DNA from: Tubiluchus corallicola
Taxonomy: Eukaryota > Animalia > Priapulida
Length of the DNA: 64,000 nucleotides
Reading direction: 5' to 3'
Assembly: GCA_030141605.1 (NCBI GenBank)
Contig: JAQGDQ010000184.1
Span: 186,001-250,000, forward strand
Part shown: positions 51,820-63,576 of the stretch, one piece after another
How positions within the stretch are numbered: position 1 is the stretch's first letter
Layout: each line of letters opens with the position of its first letter
Position numbers and translations under genes: made by a program
Notes under the pieces: model-generated
What the model was told of the DNA's origin: nothing
The model's database searches: none
What the model saw: only the letters and a program-made list of their open reading frames with translations

Positions 51820-54800
51820 CAATCAGTTATGTGCTTATTATATATGTAGCTGAACTTAACTTACTATTAAATACTTGTTTGATTTGTATTAGGCTGCTAT
51901 TTTCTCAGAGCTCAGAGTTGTTAAATATATTATGTTTTTTGTGCATGAAATCTTGGGTTTAGATGCGTGTTACGACATATTCAAAATAAGTTTAAGTTTA
52001 TTTTTGTATAGCATAAAATTCCTAGAAGTATGTGCTTGAATGCTGTACAGAAATAAATACATGAAAGTAATACTAGAATGATGATTTAAAAGAGCTATAT
52101 AATACAATATTTCACAAAACAGTTTAGTAAAGGTAAAATAAAAATATAGAAAAAAACTTTATTCTATTATAAATTGATTTATATAGCCATTAGGAAAAAA
52201 ACAGTTCACTCTACACCAGAAATATTGCATTTTGAAATTTAAGAACCTCAGTAAAATTACAGGTTTCAGTTACAGTAATAATAATAAAATTCAGTTTGCT
52301 TATACCCCAAAGTGTATTCAATTGTACGCTTGCATGAATAAATGCGTCTTTAAAGGGTATCTAAACTGTCAAAATTTTCGCAAGACCTGATTTCACATGG
52401 AAGAGCATTCCAGAAACGGGCCGCTAGACCTAAAAGAACGGTTTTGAACCATTAGTATTAGAATAGGGCAGAATAAAAAATAATATAATAGAATAGAGAA
52501 AGAATGGAATAGACTGACGAAGAGGAGAACAAGTATAGTAAAGCATTTCTCACACAACAGCTAAGTACTGTAATAATTTGCTCAGACAAAAGTTAGTCCT
52601 TACCTTTGAGTGCCAAGTGGCTTATAATGCTTTTCTGTTATTTGGACTTTATTTGGCTGCACACACACGCACGCACACACACATATATCATTTATTTTGT
52701 AAATTAATGCAATATACAATAGAAGTAAGCAAACGAGTTTTTTTAGTCCAAATTCGATTAGCAGTTCAACCACATATGTTCTTTATCATTAAAATGTTTG
52801 AAACATCATGCAATTAGCACAGTTTAGTTATGATTTCTGTGCACAATTTTTAAGCAAATTATCAGTGGTTTTGTTTTATTTTTGAAACTTTCTAACATTT
52901 TTCTCACATGTTAAAATAACCTAAGCTTACCGAGAGACTTGGCTTTTGCTTTAATGTTTGACATTATGAAATAAACCATGGTTCAATAGCCATGCATGTT
53001 TTTAAACAAAGTTTTAGTGGATATTAATTTTGCAGGTTTTGCTGTAGAGCAAAATCGAGCAATATGCACGATCTTCGCAAGATCATTTTTTATTGGTGGT
53101 TCAAAAACTTGTTCGAAAATCTTTCCAACTCAATTCGAATTCGAAAGTCACAAATTCGATTCGATTTCGCTTTCTGGTAGAGAATGCTCACCCCTAATAT
53201 AGTTAATGAATAACAACAGGAATGTATACAAAACAATAATGCATTATGCACAATTTGCACATTCAGCATTACTATATTGCACAAGCTGAACTTTTCACAA
53301 TCTTTGGCTAGTTCCTAAAAGGTAATTAAGTTCAGCAGAAGCCATGTAGGTAACTCATTTTTGTGAATTAACAAGTTGTGAAATCGAATAATAATAATAA
53401 TCTTTTTATTTATCTTGTAACACATGCACAGATATAATACAATTAATTTGGAAACAAAAATGTGAAGAAAGGGCAGCACAATCTTTACCTTTAGCTAGGG
53501 CTAGGACTCTAGGATTTGCGATAATCGTTGAACTAATGAAGTTGTGTCATTGTGATGATCATTTGAAAACTGATACTTTGGTTAGTTGTTATCAAATTAT
53601 CAGTCTTTCTATTATGCTTAAGAAATTACCGGGTTGATGGGATGTGTTAATATGTCAGGAATAGACAGAAATCTATTTTTGCTTTTCTGCTGTGCCAAAA
53701 ACTATATTAGTATGCAAAGTGCTTTTGACTTAATACATTTTTTGATTTTACTGCTTTACTCACCTCTGTTCGTTTGTGTTTTCAGGAATAACTCATGTTG
53801 GCCTGTCACTTGGCCTTGTATTTGGTTTATTTGTGCCTTTGATAGCCTTTGTTGTTTTTATTGTTTATGCTTACATCAACAGGAAATGGTTTATGAAACG
53901 TACGTACAACATCTGGAACTTCTTAATTTTTTATTCTCTTAACTGTATTTGTCAAGTAACTCAGAAGTAAGGCCAAAAATTTGTTGTTAAAATGAAACAT
54001 TTGTGGAAAAGGGCAGAAATTTATACGTGAACATGGATCGTTGTTAACAACGAAACCTCATAAATTGTGTTGAGCGAGAAATCCTTGTATTCGTATTTAA
54101 CAGCCGTTTAAATTGTAAAGACAATCGTGGTATATTTACAGATGATAATGTTAGTCTAGCTAATGTATTGTTTAATAATGGCTACTTAATGATTCAGCTA
54201 CCACTATTACTGTAGTGAGGCTTAAATTTCGATATTTTCAAATAGTCATTTGCAGGAATTTCCTAGCTAGACTGTAAATGTCAAACAAACTTGGCTTTAC
54301 TGGTCGTTAATTTTGCGGATTTGGTTTTTGCAAAGTAACAGATGAAACTTCTAGTTTGACCATGACTGTTATTTGTTCACTGGCCATATCAATGAAACGT
54401 AAAGGAAAACCAATCCTGGAACAACATTTTTTGCATTTTAATGTACAATTAAAAATGTTGAAATCAGCACACAAAACACGCACATAAAATGCCTTGTTTA
54501 AAAACGCAAAAGAAATTTAAATATTTTTTATCTCCCACTTTTTTGAACATTGTTGCTGGCACTGCTGGCATATTTGAAAGAAATAACATAAGTTGGTGAC
54601 TGCTCGGCAAAGTAAATTATGTGAAGGCAAGCTGTTCTGAAGGTATGCATTGCAAAATTTCTATACTTCTCTCAGAAGTTCCGTTATTCTAGCATTGTGT
54701 TTAACTGTATAGTCATTTTCATTGCTTATCACAGTTTTATTTTTGAAACTTTCTAACGTTTTTCACAAATGTTAAAGTAACCTGAGCTTCCCAAGAGTCT

Positions 54801-54998
54801 TGGTTTTTGCTTTAATGTTTGACATTATGAAATAAACCATGGTTCAATGAGTCATGTATGTTTTTAAACAAAGTTTTACTGGTTGTTTGTGCAGGTTTTT
54901 TTGCCAAAGTGTCTGATGAGTCTCCTAGTAGTTACGAAAATGACAAAGTTCCGCAAAATAACGTTGAAGAAGACAGTGATGTCGAAACTGAGGAGTGA
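43290..54998 (+). CDS. Single-pass immunoglobulin-superfamily cell-adhesion protein (five Ig-like domains, membrane-proximal ones fasciclin-3-like)
   Basis: Exons 43290-43356 (signal peptide, inferred), 46056-46409, 46667-46819, 48022-48186, 48661-48915, 49440-49757, 50087-50410, 53786-53899 (TM) and 54895-54998. All introns are GT-AG and phase 1, as is typical for Ig genes, and the frame is open to TGA at 54996-54998. Confidence 0.88.
45295..45959. mobile_element. Tc1/mariner (pogo/Tigger-like) MITE
   Basis: TA|CAGTAAACCCTTGTTA...TAATAAGAGTTTACTG|TA: TIRs with a TA target-site duplication. Confidence 0.75.
46056..46409 (+). CDS. IgSF exon: Ig domain 1 (V/I-set)
   Basis: FFKQPKDKEVAAGKSTIIKCVV...LYWEFN...GDYSIKIMSANRFLHDGLYGC shows the C...W...DxGxYxC pattern; tttatag| and G|gtaagt sites. 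Confidence 0.9.
46667..46819 (+). CDS. IgSF exon: Ig domain 2, first half
   Basis: ttttcag|...TITCEATGTNPGLSVEPVIQWFI A|gtaagt. Confidence 0.88.
48022..48186 (+). CDS. IgSF exon: Ig domain 2, second half
   Basis: tctacag|...DNKKQLSCRVIVH...KTLDVH T|gtaagt. Confidence 0.85.
48661..48915 (+). CDS. IgSF exon: Ig domain 3
   Basis: tttgcag|...LWLSCSADANPAPEY...VRPEDEGEYECYATNYLG...A|gtaagt. Confidence 0.92.
49440..49757 (+). CDS. IgSF exon: Ig-like domain 4 (divergent fasciclin-3-like)
   Basis: aaatag|...SFCEVSKYKRVIWRMG...DECFEIQLNI...T|gtaagt. Confidence 0.8.
50087..50410 (+). CDS. IgSF exon: Ig-like domain 5 (fasciclin-3-like)
   Basis: ttgacag|...NFCSKPKYKRAKWLW...GSRF...ICYSTDLEIKSAGPTDEKFYSLLLSN...G|gtaagt. 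Confidence 0.88.
51147..51687. mobile_element. hAT (Charlie-like) MITE
   Basis: TIRs CAGTGGTTCCCAACC / GGTTGGAAAACCGTG with a near-identical 8-bp TSD (gtttaaga / gtttaaaa). Confidence 0.85.
51760..51815. repeat. (TA)n microsatellite
   Basis: Seen directly. Confidence 0.95.
52873..53040 (+). repeat. Diverged direct duplicate of the intron end/3' splice site at 54734-54900
   Basis: gttttatttttgaaactttctaac...ttttgctttaatgtttgacattatgaaataaaccatggttcaat...tttaaacaaagtttta...tgcagGTTTT is present in both places. Confidence 0.9.
53786..53899 (+). CDS. IgSF exon: transmembrane helix
   Basis: ttttcag|GITHVGLSLGLVFGLFVPLIAFVVFIVYAYINRKWFMK C|gtacgt; hydrophobic stretch followed by a basic stop-transfer sequence. 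Confidence 0.88.
54895..54998 (+). CDS. IgSF terminal exon: short acidic cytoplasmic tail
   Basis: tgtgcag|(R)FFAKVSDESPSSYENDKVPQNNVEEDSDVETEE*. Confidence 0.8.
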
Positions 54999-55804
54999 GC
55001 TACAGTAAAGATCTGTGTACATAAATAACTTCAATCCCAGAGACAATATATAAAACTATAGTTGCTTACTCTGAAGTTGAGAATGGTATCACAGTATCTG
55101 CCACATTTAAGTGATAGCACAGTTTATATTAAACATTAATTGTTACAGATTATTTATTAATATTGTTAAAGATATTATAACAGCCTATTTAATGATATTG
55201 TTTGATATGTGAATTGCTACTTTATTAATATTGTTATTTAAATTTATATTTATAGCATTTTTGCAAATGTTACGTGTGAAGAACCCAAAAAATGTGTATT
55301 TTAAATATTTTCATATAATTTACATTTTATGTATACAATTTTATGTTTTTGCATCTGATTTGTGTAGCATTATTTTAAATGATAAAGACTGAGTCTTGTT
55401 TTAAAAAATTTACATGCTTTTTGAATTCATTGAAAACAACTACTGTGAATATATAATATCATGGTAGATATATTGTGGGATGATGTCCTCAAAAAGAATC
55501 AAGATTTTTAGTCAAATTATTCTACTTCTGGATAACATGACAATATCACGACAGTAATCTCATAGGCACTTCTGGCATGCAGTGTGTTGTGCCAGTTTTG
55601 TTTGACAGTATTTACAACTGAAAAAATGAAACATTGAAACTGAAAAATGAAAAAATAGAAACGAAAATGAAAAGTTAAACTACTACACATGAAACTATTT
55701 GATATTTTCATTTTAACGTTCTTTATAAGATTACCTTTTCTCTAGTGATACAGTAATACGTTGATCTATTTCTATAATCTTGTTATTGTTATGACTACTT
55801 TTTT

Positions 55805-55996
55805 CTAGCTTTTTATATAATTGTTGTCATCTGTTGCTTCTTGTTGAAGTTGGCCACTTTCCTTCCACAGCAGCCACTCATCCAGAGTTTCTGGAAGCAC
55901 TTTGCCTTTGGTTTCGGGAAAAAACAAAATGATGATTGCGGCTCCTATTCCCATACTTCCAAACAATATTGGTTGTACCCAAGCGTGTTCTCTTTG
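55805..55996 (-). CDS. SLC22 terminal exon (TM12, PETKG motif)
   Basis: ttttgcag|QREHAWVQPILFGSMGIGAAIIILFFPETKGKVLPETLDE...KS*. Confidence 0.92.
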   Translation of the reverse strand, partial: QREHAWVQPILFGSMGIGAAIIILFFPETKGKVLPETLDEWLLWKESGQLQQEATDDNNYIKS

Positions 55997-58900
55997 CTGC
56001 AAAAATACAAAATGGTTGATTATTTTTATATGTTTTTTATGTCAGTACATGTATTGGAATCTTTTCGAGTCAGATGATTTGCTATGCCACTACTTAGTAA
56101 AATCAACAAATTAACATGCCAAGCAGCACATCTAAGTAAAGATTTCCAAACACAAACCATAAAACTGGAATTACAATATGCATGTTTTTAGACTATAAAG
56201 TGTATCAGGAAGCAAAAACATACCCAGGTAATGGTTAACGGAGCTATCATGCCTCCGACACGTGATATACTAGAGCATAAGCCTAGGCCTCCATTTCTGA
56301 AATTTGTAAAAAAAGATTGAGTACGTGATATTTAGCAACACCTATAGAAAAAATAAACAACAATGAATATAAGGTTTTCTGCATGGCTCTAGTCAATATA
56401 GTTACTTCTTGGGAATCAGTTCCCTTGAGTCCTGAGACATGTGTAATTTGGTATTTATTAAACCTTAGACTTATGGGTAGGTGAAGAAACTCTTAAGCCT
56501 TGATCAGCACTAGATGCCAACTCATCTAGTATTAATGCATACCTTTAGGAAATTGATGTTTGGCTTGTTCTGACATTTACCGTAACGCCTGGTTTTTGAT
56601 TGCTCATGCAGGCGATTTTATTCGTGTCAACGCCTACAATTTCACAGGATGAAATACTGATCACGATCTGCCTTAAGTTCGCTGCTCACAAGCAGCCAAA
56701 GATGAGCTGTAGCTACAATTATTTCCACCTCGAAATGATCCAATTTCCGACTTCATATTTCATTCACAGAACAATTGCTCGTGTCATCTCAGTTCTGCAC
56801 CTAGTTTCTGAAGGTAATGGAATTCCATCAACTCCACGTCTACATAATCAGCTTAAACGTGAGAACTCAATACTTGTCAATGTGTTTTTCAATGTTCTGT
56901 AATAGCTCTTGAATTCTGTTGCTCATCGGTGATTTACGAGTCTCTATGCTCTTAAGCTTGTTGTCTGTGCTCATGCAGCTACTCGCTCTGATATCAAGTG
57001 CTCCATTAGAAACTATATACCCGATCTTGCAAGAGGTAGGTCTACTTAAGTACCTCTGTAACTAAAAAGTTCTAACTACAACTTTTGTTATAGAGGCACT
57101 TGGCCTACTGTAGACATCTGTATCTGAATCGTTCCTTCCGTCTGTTGCTTTCACTCACGTGACACATTGCAAAATGTTATTGCTAATCTGATTATTTTTG
57201 ACAATTCATTGCTCATCAAAAATCTGTTGCTATGCTAATCCTGTTATTGCTACTTTTATTGATGGTATCTTCAAGATTTCTCCCCATTTGTGCGCAAATG
57301 CCGACAGTTTTCTACGAGTTCTCGTGCTGCTTCTGTCTTCCTTATTCCCAGATTTTTCCTTGGGTATCATGTCTGTTATTGAAAGAAGGGTAAAGTATCT
57401 CTATGGAACATGTTATATTATTAAAATTTGAGCAACTTGCGTGCTTCTATGCTTCAGCCACATATCAACCATTTTTCTACCCTTATTTATTTGGAAAGTG
57501 GTGCTGACAAACCACTGGTGTGGCAGTGTCTTGTTGTTTTTACTGGATTAACTGTTGTCTGTCTTATCTGTCTGGAGAGCAGTTTTTTATTTTCAATTCT
57601 GTGTGCCCAGTGTCTACAATAGGCGTAGTTGGCCAAAGATCTTTGTACCTGTAAGATGAGTGATCTACAACTATACATGGTCTTCAAATTTCTGCGGAAA
57701 TTGTTTTACTAATCAGTACATGCAACATACCTAACGACTGTAGGCACCAGCTCAACCGTGTACAGGTAAACGGAGGCAAAGGCGGCAGAAGTGGCAGCCT
57801 TGCCTATCATCACTAATGTGGTCTCGACCCATCTGATGTCTGCGCCGTTGGCTAATAACAAAACAACATCTGTTGAAAATTTGCAATACCATATGCTAAC
57901 TGTAAAAAGAAATTTAGTCATCTAGGAGTGGTCACATTACTTTATAAAATGTGTTTTGCTGGCTCACGTAGGCTATTAAAATGAAAATTGGAACGAAAAG
58001 GTGCTAGAGAAGAGATACTAGATAGAGATGAATAAGAATTAATCACAAGCAGAACAAGTGGCTAACCTCTTGCTCATTTGTCTTTCTTTCCCACTGCACA
58101 ATTGTCAATTAAAACTTAGTAGACCCATCAAAGCAGCCAGAAATTATATATATATGTAGAAATTTCCGGCTGCCTTCCTGGGTCTACTCAATGTTCATTG
58201 ATTGCTATTTGTATATAAGATTAATCGCCATTTAGCATGTATATATATATATATATGTATGTATGTATGTATACAGCTTGAAAAATCAGCATAAGTGTAA
58301 AGCAAATAACCTACGTAAGTGGAATTCGAACCCACTACCCCCGGATTGGGAACCAAGTGACATACAACGCTAGATGCGATGGAGGGAGTTTCGAATATTT
58401 GGGGATGGCCAATCTGCAGTCACAGGAGAAATTTCTGAACTGCAAAATCTGCTTTACTTTAATCTTCAAAAATCGAACCCTAACTCGACAGATAGATTGC
58501 AGTTTTAAATGAAAGGAGAAACTAAACGGCATCACTTGGTCCTAAATTAGTTCTTCCAAATGGAACATGTTAAACCACAATGTTTACATTGATTACAAAA
58601 CTAACTACTAGTATACTACTAGTTGTAATATAGTGTAAGTGCAGTTTGTGTTAAAATATGCGGTGAGTGTAGTTAGTATACATCTGTATAGTGTAGCATA
58701 ACTACCAAAAGTTTTTTAAATAACCTTTTCATTCACCTGTTTTATCTGGAATTAGAAGATTGGAAAAGAGAGCTAAACCAGCTATGAGATGAAATGCACA
58801 GATGGATTTTATTCTACCAAACCTGAATAAGAAGGAAACCAGGGTGTCATTATTTAATATTTAACTTTAACTGTAAGTTTAACTTTTTATTTCACACACA

Positions 58901-61900
58901 GACACTATAATACATACAATCATACACAAATACTATTTACAAAGATACACATAAAACGACTAAATCTTCTATAACCTAATTCCTTACATTTCAAATAAAT
59001 TAAAATCACGATTATGTATATTAGACTGATCGCCATTTGGCAGGTATACTTGACGTGTACTTACAATCACTGTTACATAGATGATTCGCAATGGTATTAC
59101 TACTGTTTATTGTACTTGTACAGAGGCTAAACACACATTTTCTTCTAATAAAATCAAAGTATTTTAAATGATAGAATACACAAAGTTGTCTTGCGCAAAA
59201 GTCGAATGGTGTTCCGAAAAAATTACGCAGTTATATATTGTTTGCTGCCTTTAGTTTTTTTTATTATAAAGACTGTAGTTCCTTCACTATTTACTGTAGT
59301 GCGAATAGTTTGTTACAGATAGAGAGAAAACAGTCATGTATCTATTCATTCTACTGCCTAAGAATTGACATTAATTTCGGCTTTGATAATTAATTAACAT
59401 TTATAATTAGTACCTGATTGAAAACCCATCAACATTAAAGTGCAGTAAGAACGTGAATGATTAAGTTTGTTCTAAGACAGAACCATTCCAAGATTAAAAT
59501 TAATTACAAAAATTAGTCTGGTTGGTTAATAAGTACTTTAGCGAATGTAATTTAGCACACGAAAATGTTGGAACGGTTGCTCAGCTTTTATGAATGAATT
59601 GATCTGCCATGATGTATTAGTCATGGGTTGGATGATCAAAATGTCCTTGGTTCAAATCTACTGCACTCAAATTCAGTTTTTCATATTTTTTCCCGCCCAA
59701 ACTTAACAGTTATTGGTTTGTTCCACCACTAGGCAGTAAGTTTGTAATTAAAATCAATTGTAATAAATTTATTAAGCCACTAATATATCATTTCAGGTTC
59801 TACATTAATTCAAAAAATAATTTAATTACTTAGTAATAACTCTAATGAGAGCAAACTAACATTTATAAATAAATGTATTGGGTTGGTCTCAAGGTGATGC
59901 ATACACGTATTATTTTTCCCACATATTACCATTCAGTGCACACCTTTGCTGCAAGATATGCAGGTAACTCTACTGCTCCCACCAGGAAGGCGTTCAAATA
60001 TAGGTTTCCGGACAGTTCCCCAACACCAAGCGACAAAGCATAGTAAACCATGGAATCCGTCATCCTTTAACGAAAAATGTGTGATATATTTTTAAAAATC
60101 TGGCGCTAGCTCTCGGTTTTGATTCTACAATTTGAGTTTCTCCCACACAAAGTAAGATTAAATGTTTCTTTTTGAAGAACAGATCGCTTTAAATTTTCAC
60201 TTGTTCTCACTTCAGACAAAGCATTCAATGGTAGCTAAACTTTAAACACTTTCTTTTTTTGTTTTTTGAAAGTTTTATTTCAATAGTGCCATTTAGATTT
60301 ATATGTACAGTTGAATTTAATTTACAGTTGCGAACTTGTTGCTCTAACCGCTTTTTAGTAATCTGTGCAAAGCTGGAACGACAAATTTCATGTATATCAT
60401 GTGTAGGCCTAGTATATATGGCCAATAAAGATCCCTATGTCTATGTCTATGTCTAGATGAAAAAAGCCGAAGTTTGATTAGATCATTTTTCTTGGCGTGT
60501 TTGTCTCTGTAGTTAAAATACGGTAATTTTCTGTACTCACTTCGAAGTTTCACTAATAGTTACACTTGCTGATTACACATTATTGCTGGGTTCACATTAT
60601 TTACCATTATTTGGGAAAAGTAGAAACTTATCCTGTTTTAACATCCATGGGCTTACCAAATAAACAGCATAAGTGTTAAAAACACTCGCAATTTGGGCGT
60701 CTTGTATATGTCCAGTAGAGTAAATTTTTTTTCGTTTTCCTTACAGTTGGAAACTGCTGATTGCTTTTGTATCATAGAAAGACAATGTTCGTCTAAATGT
60801 ACTTTGTTCATTTTACTTGCTTTCTGAAGAACTTCCTCTGCCTTGTCTGAGCGATTTTTGGCTGCCAGCCAATGTACAGATTCGGGCAATATCCTGTTAA
60901 ACACAAAAATATTCAGGCATATATATCAAGCGTAAAAATGTTATTAATTTTAAGAAATAAATAGAGAGACAGACAGACAGTCCTGGTAAGTCCTGTCCTG
61001 TCACTGGATAATTAACCGAATATGCCTGTACAGTATTATTTAAATTAAATACACATAGCTAAGTGAACAGTTCCATCAATTTCCTACAAGCCATTCATTT
61101 GGGCAATAGATGGCTTATAAATATAACACGTTATTTCGTTTTTACATACCAATAGTATAAAAGGTGAGTACAAGAGGAACTGTGATAATAATTTGAATTT
61201 TTCTCCAATCATCCACTGCCAAGGCGATTAAAGGCGTCGTCATAATGCCTACACTCCATAACATTTCATCGCATGTGCCCACCCAAGCTCTTGAATCTGG
61301 TGGAACAGATTCACACAGTAGACAGAACATGGACAAATAACCTCCCTATAGAAAATTAATTTATTTTTACATGTCATTTTTGCCATTTGCATTAAGACGC
61401 GTTTTAATACTGTTGTGAAAAAATTTGCTACTTTAAAAGTGGAAAACTAGACTTACTGGCTTTTTACTCAAGAATTTGCATAATATACCACTAACACATA
61501 TAGTACACGCTCATCCACTGAATGGAATTGTTGTACATCTTCGTAATGTTACTTAATACATATTCGTTCTTTATAATTGCGCCTAAATTGTCTGACGGGT
61601 TTGAACTGCCGTTTTTCGTACAGCACCCATCTAGTTACTGACTGACTTAGCAGTTGTTTAACTTCGGTTGATAAGAAGAGGCGTAGCCAGTTTCTAAAGT
61701 CAGGAGCAGCAAGCACATGAAACAAGCCGCCGTGACACATGCAAACAATTTTCAACGCATTAATTATACATTTTTATTTTGTGTTTAAAATCAAAACGCG
61801 AAGAACTAAAGAATTAAAAATTGTTGAAACGGCGCCAATTTTGCAAAATATGCTCGGGAGAGCGGTTGCATCCCTTGCTCCCCATACTAGGTAGGCAACT

Positions 61901-63576
61901 GTACACAATGACTACTCAGCTATGCAACTCGCCAAAAGTCTGCAGTCTGTCCATACACGTCGTTACTTCATGCATTCTCTGTCAATGGTATTCATGACAT
62001 TTATGCATTCCTTCATTTGCTTTTATTCACTTTATTTCTTATAGTTCCTTATTTTATTCAAAATCTACATAGTTGTTGTGGCAAAAGAAAAAGCAATACT
62101 TTTAGAACTGTGTAAGTGTGCATTCGTTATTTAATTGTTTTATATCAATTCGTAAATAATTATCATTTTGAAGATAAACAAAAATGGCTACTGATATCAT
62201 AATTTACCTACAACATACATTCATAAACCATCTCTTACACAAATCATGAACTATGAGTAGTTCTTTTGTGTATGTGTAAAATGTCATGTGTGAACTAAAG
62301 ACTGTGGCCGTTGTATTATTAACTGCTATAATCAGAATGAGATTTCTCTGTGACAATTTTCATTGACAGTAAGCTTTTCATTATTAAAAGCCTATTTTAT
62401 TATGGCAGCAGGTCAGCTTAATATCAAAATGAAGATACGCAAGTCACTTGCAGCAACATAACACAGTTATGAGGTACAAACCCACAATTAATTTAATTTT
62501 GACACCAAACTTGAAAGACAGGAAATGTGAAAAAGTTGGAATGCGGCCTGTATTTGAACCAGGGTCATTCTGCTTAAATTGCAGGCGTTGTAGATCAGTA
62601 GGCTTCCAATAATAACGGGAAGAGCAAAGTTCATCTCTTATAGATGATGGCCATCCAAATTCAGCATTTCCGTTACTAGATCGCTTGCAGTGGCGTTGTA
62701 AAAGATTTTACGCAGAGGGTGAAAAGAGTGTAGAAGTGCGCCCCCCCCCCCCAATTTTAAGCCAGTGGTCCGGAGGAGAGCTGTAAGTTTCCCCATCGTG
62801 GCCCAGAGACTCATTTTCCTGCAATTAAGCATTTTGGAGGCCTAAATGGAATCTAAATTAGGATGCTTTTTTCAAATGTCAAAAAATTGCTCAAATTTGG
62901 TGTTTATGAAATCTATTTTTAATAAACTGCTTTAGATAATAGAATATAATTAATGTTATTTACACCATGGTGCAAGCATATATATTCAGAGCAATATGTG
63001 CCTCAAAATCTGAAGCAAAGACTGACCGGGCATATACAGCGGCAGAAATAAAATTGAGGCAGTGCAAATACATGTAACTAAAAAATTTACGTTTTCTAGA
63101 CATTTTTGCTTTGCAGTTTTTGCTTGTTCCATTTTCTTGGTCTAGTGGCCTAAGGCAAAGTTGCCTTGTAAGCAAAAGCCCACTGTTCAAATTCTGGCTA
63201 TATTTTAACTTCTACACATTACTTATCTTTCAATTTTGTATCAAAATTTAATTAATTATGGGCTTGTTAATCATTAATACCATCATTAATGATTTAAGAT
63301 AAGATTGTAATAATTAGTCATGCAGCTGCTTATTGCTACTCTTACCACTTCGCAGAAACCCGTACCAAATCTCAATGCAACAAACATGACGTAGCCATTG
63401 GAAAATACTTGAACTGTAGCCACAATCAGGTAGCAAAAATTGGTCAGCATCAGTAATGTTTTTCTACCCAAGAAGTCTGAGATGGGTGGAAATACTAATG
63501 CCCCGCAAAGCTTGCCTAAGAAGAACAGAGTTGAGGAGAATTCAACAAGGTCAGCTCGGTCGCAAACCAAGTCCCA
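55805..63576 (-). CDS. SLC22-family organic cation/anion transporter (MFS), 3' part; 5' exon(s) beyond the right edge
   Basis: Exons 63346-63576, 61150(or 61146)-61345, 60657-60893, 59930-60064, 58737-58822, 57731-57851, 56224-56296 and 55805-55996. Motifs: WDLVCDR, SDFLGRK, LPESVHWL, VELPAY, FGR, YTVELVPTVVRN, RVGGMIAP, PETKGKVLPET. Confidence 0.95.
56224..56296 (-). CDS. SLC22 exon (TM11)
   Basis: atttcag|A NGGLGLCSSISRVGGMIAPLTITW|gtatgt. Confidence 0.9.
56600..57690 (-). mobile_element. Highly decayed LINE RT relic inside an SLC22 intron
   Basis: Minus strand shows eroded RT-like stretches (PVKTTRHCHTSGLSAPL resembling the QG-x-x-LSP motif; HKWG; later DTDVYSR) with many stops. Confidence 0.35.
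57731..57851 (-). CDS. SLC22 exon (TM10)
   Basis: gttattag|..NGADIRWVETTLVMIGKAATSAAFASVYLYTVELVPTVV AG|gtatgt. Confidence 0.92.
58320..58400 (-). mobile_element. tRNA-derived SINE head fragment
   Basis: B-box-like GGGTTCGAATTCC on the minus strand without a complete cloverleaf; similar fragments near 14790, 59650 and 62560. Confidence 0.4.
58737..58822 (-). CDS. SLC22 exon (TM9)
   Basis: ttattcag|G FGRIKSICAFHLIAGLALFSNLLIPDKT G|gtgaat. Confidence 0.9.
59930..60064 (-). CDS. SLC22 exon (TM7-8)
   Basis: gttaaag|G MTDSMVYYALSLGVGELSGNLYLNAFLVGAVELPAYLAAKVCTE TG|gtaata. Confidence 0.92.
60657..60893 (-). CDS. SLC22 exon (central cytoplasmic loop)
   Basis: ttaacag|G ILPESVHWL...FTLLDIYKTPKLRVFLTLMLFI TG|gtaagc. 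Confidence 0.93.
61150..61345 (-). CDS. SLC22 exon (TM4-6); donor position/phase ambiguous
   Basis: tctatag|GGYLSMFCLLCESVPPDSRAWVG...DWRKIQIIITVPLVLTF; see the finding on the phase mismatch. Confidence 0.88.
63346..63576 (-). CDS. SLC22 exon (WDLVC, TM2-4)
   Basis: ttttcag|WDLVCDRADLVEFSSTLFFLGKLCGALVFPPISDFLGRK...LRFGTGFCEV|gtaaga. Confidence 0.95.
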
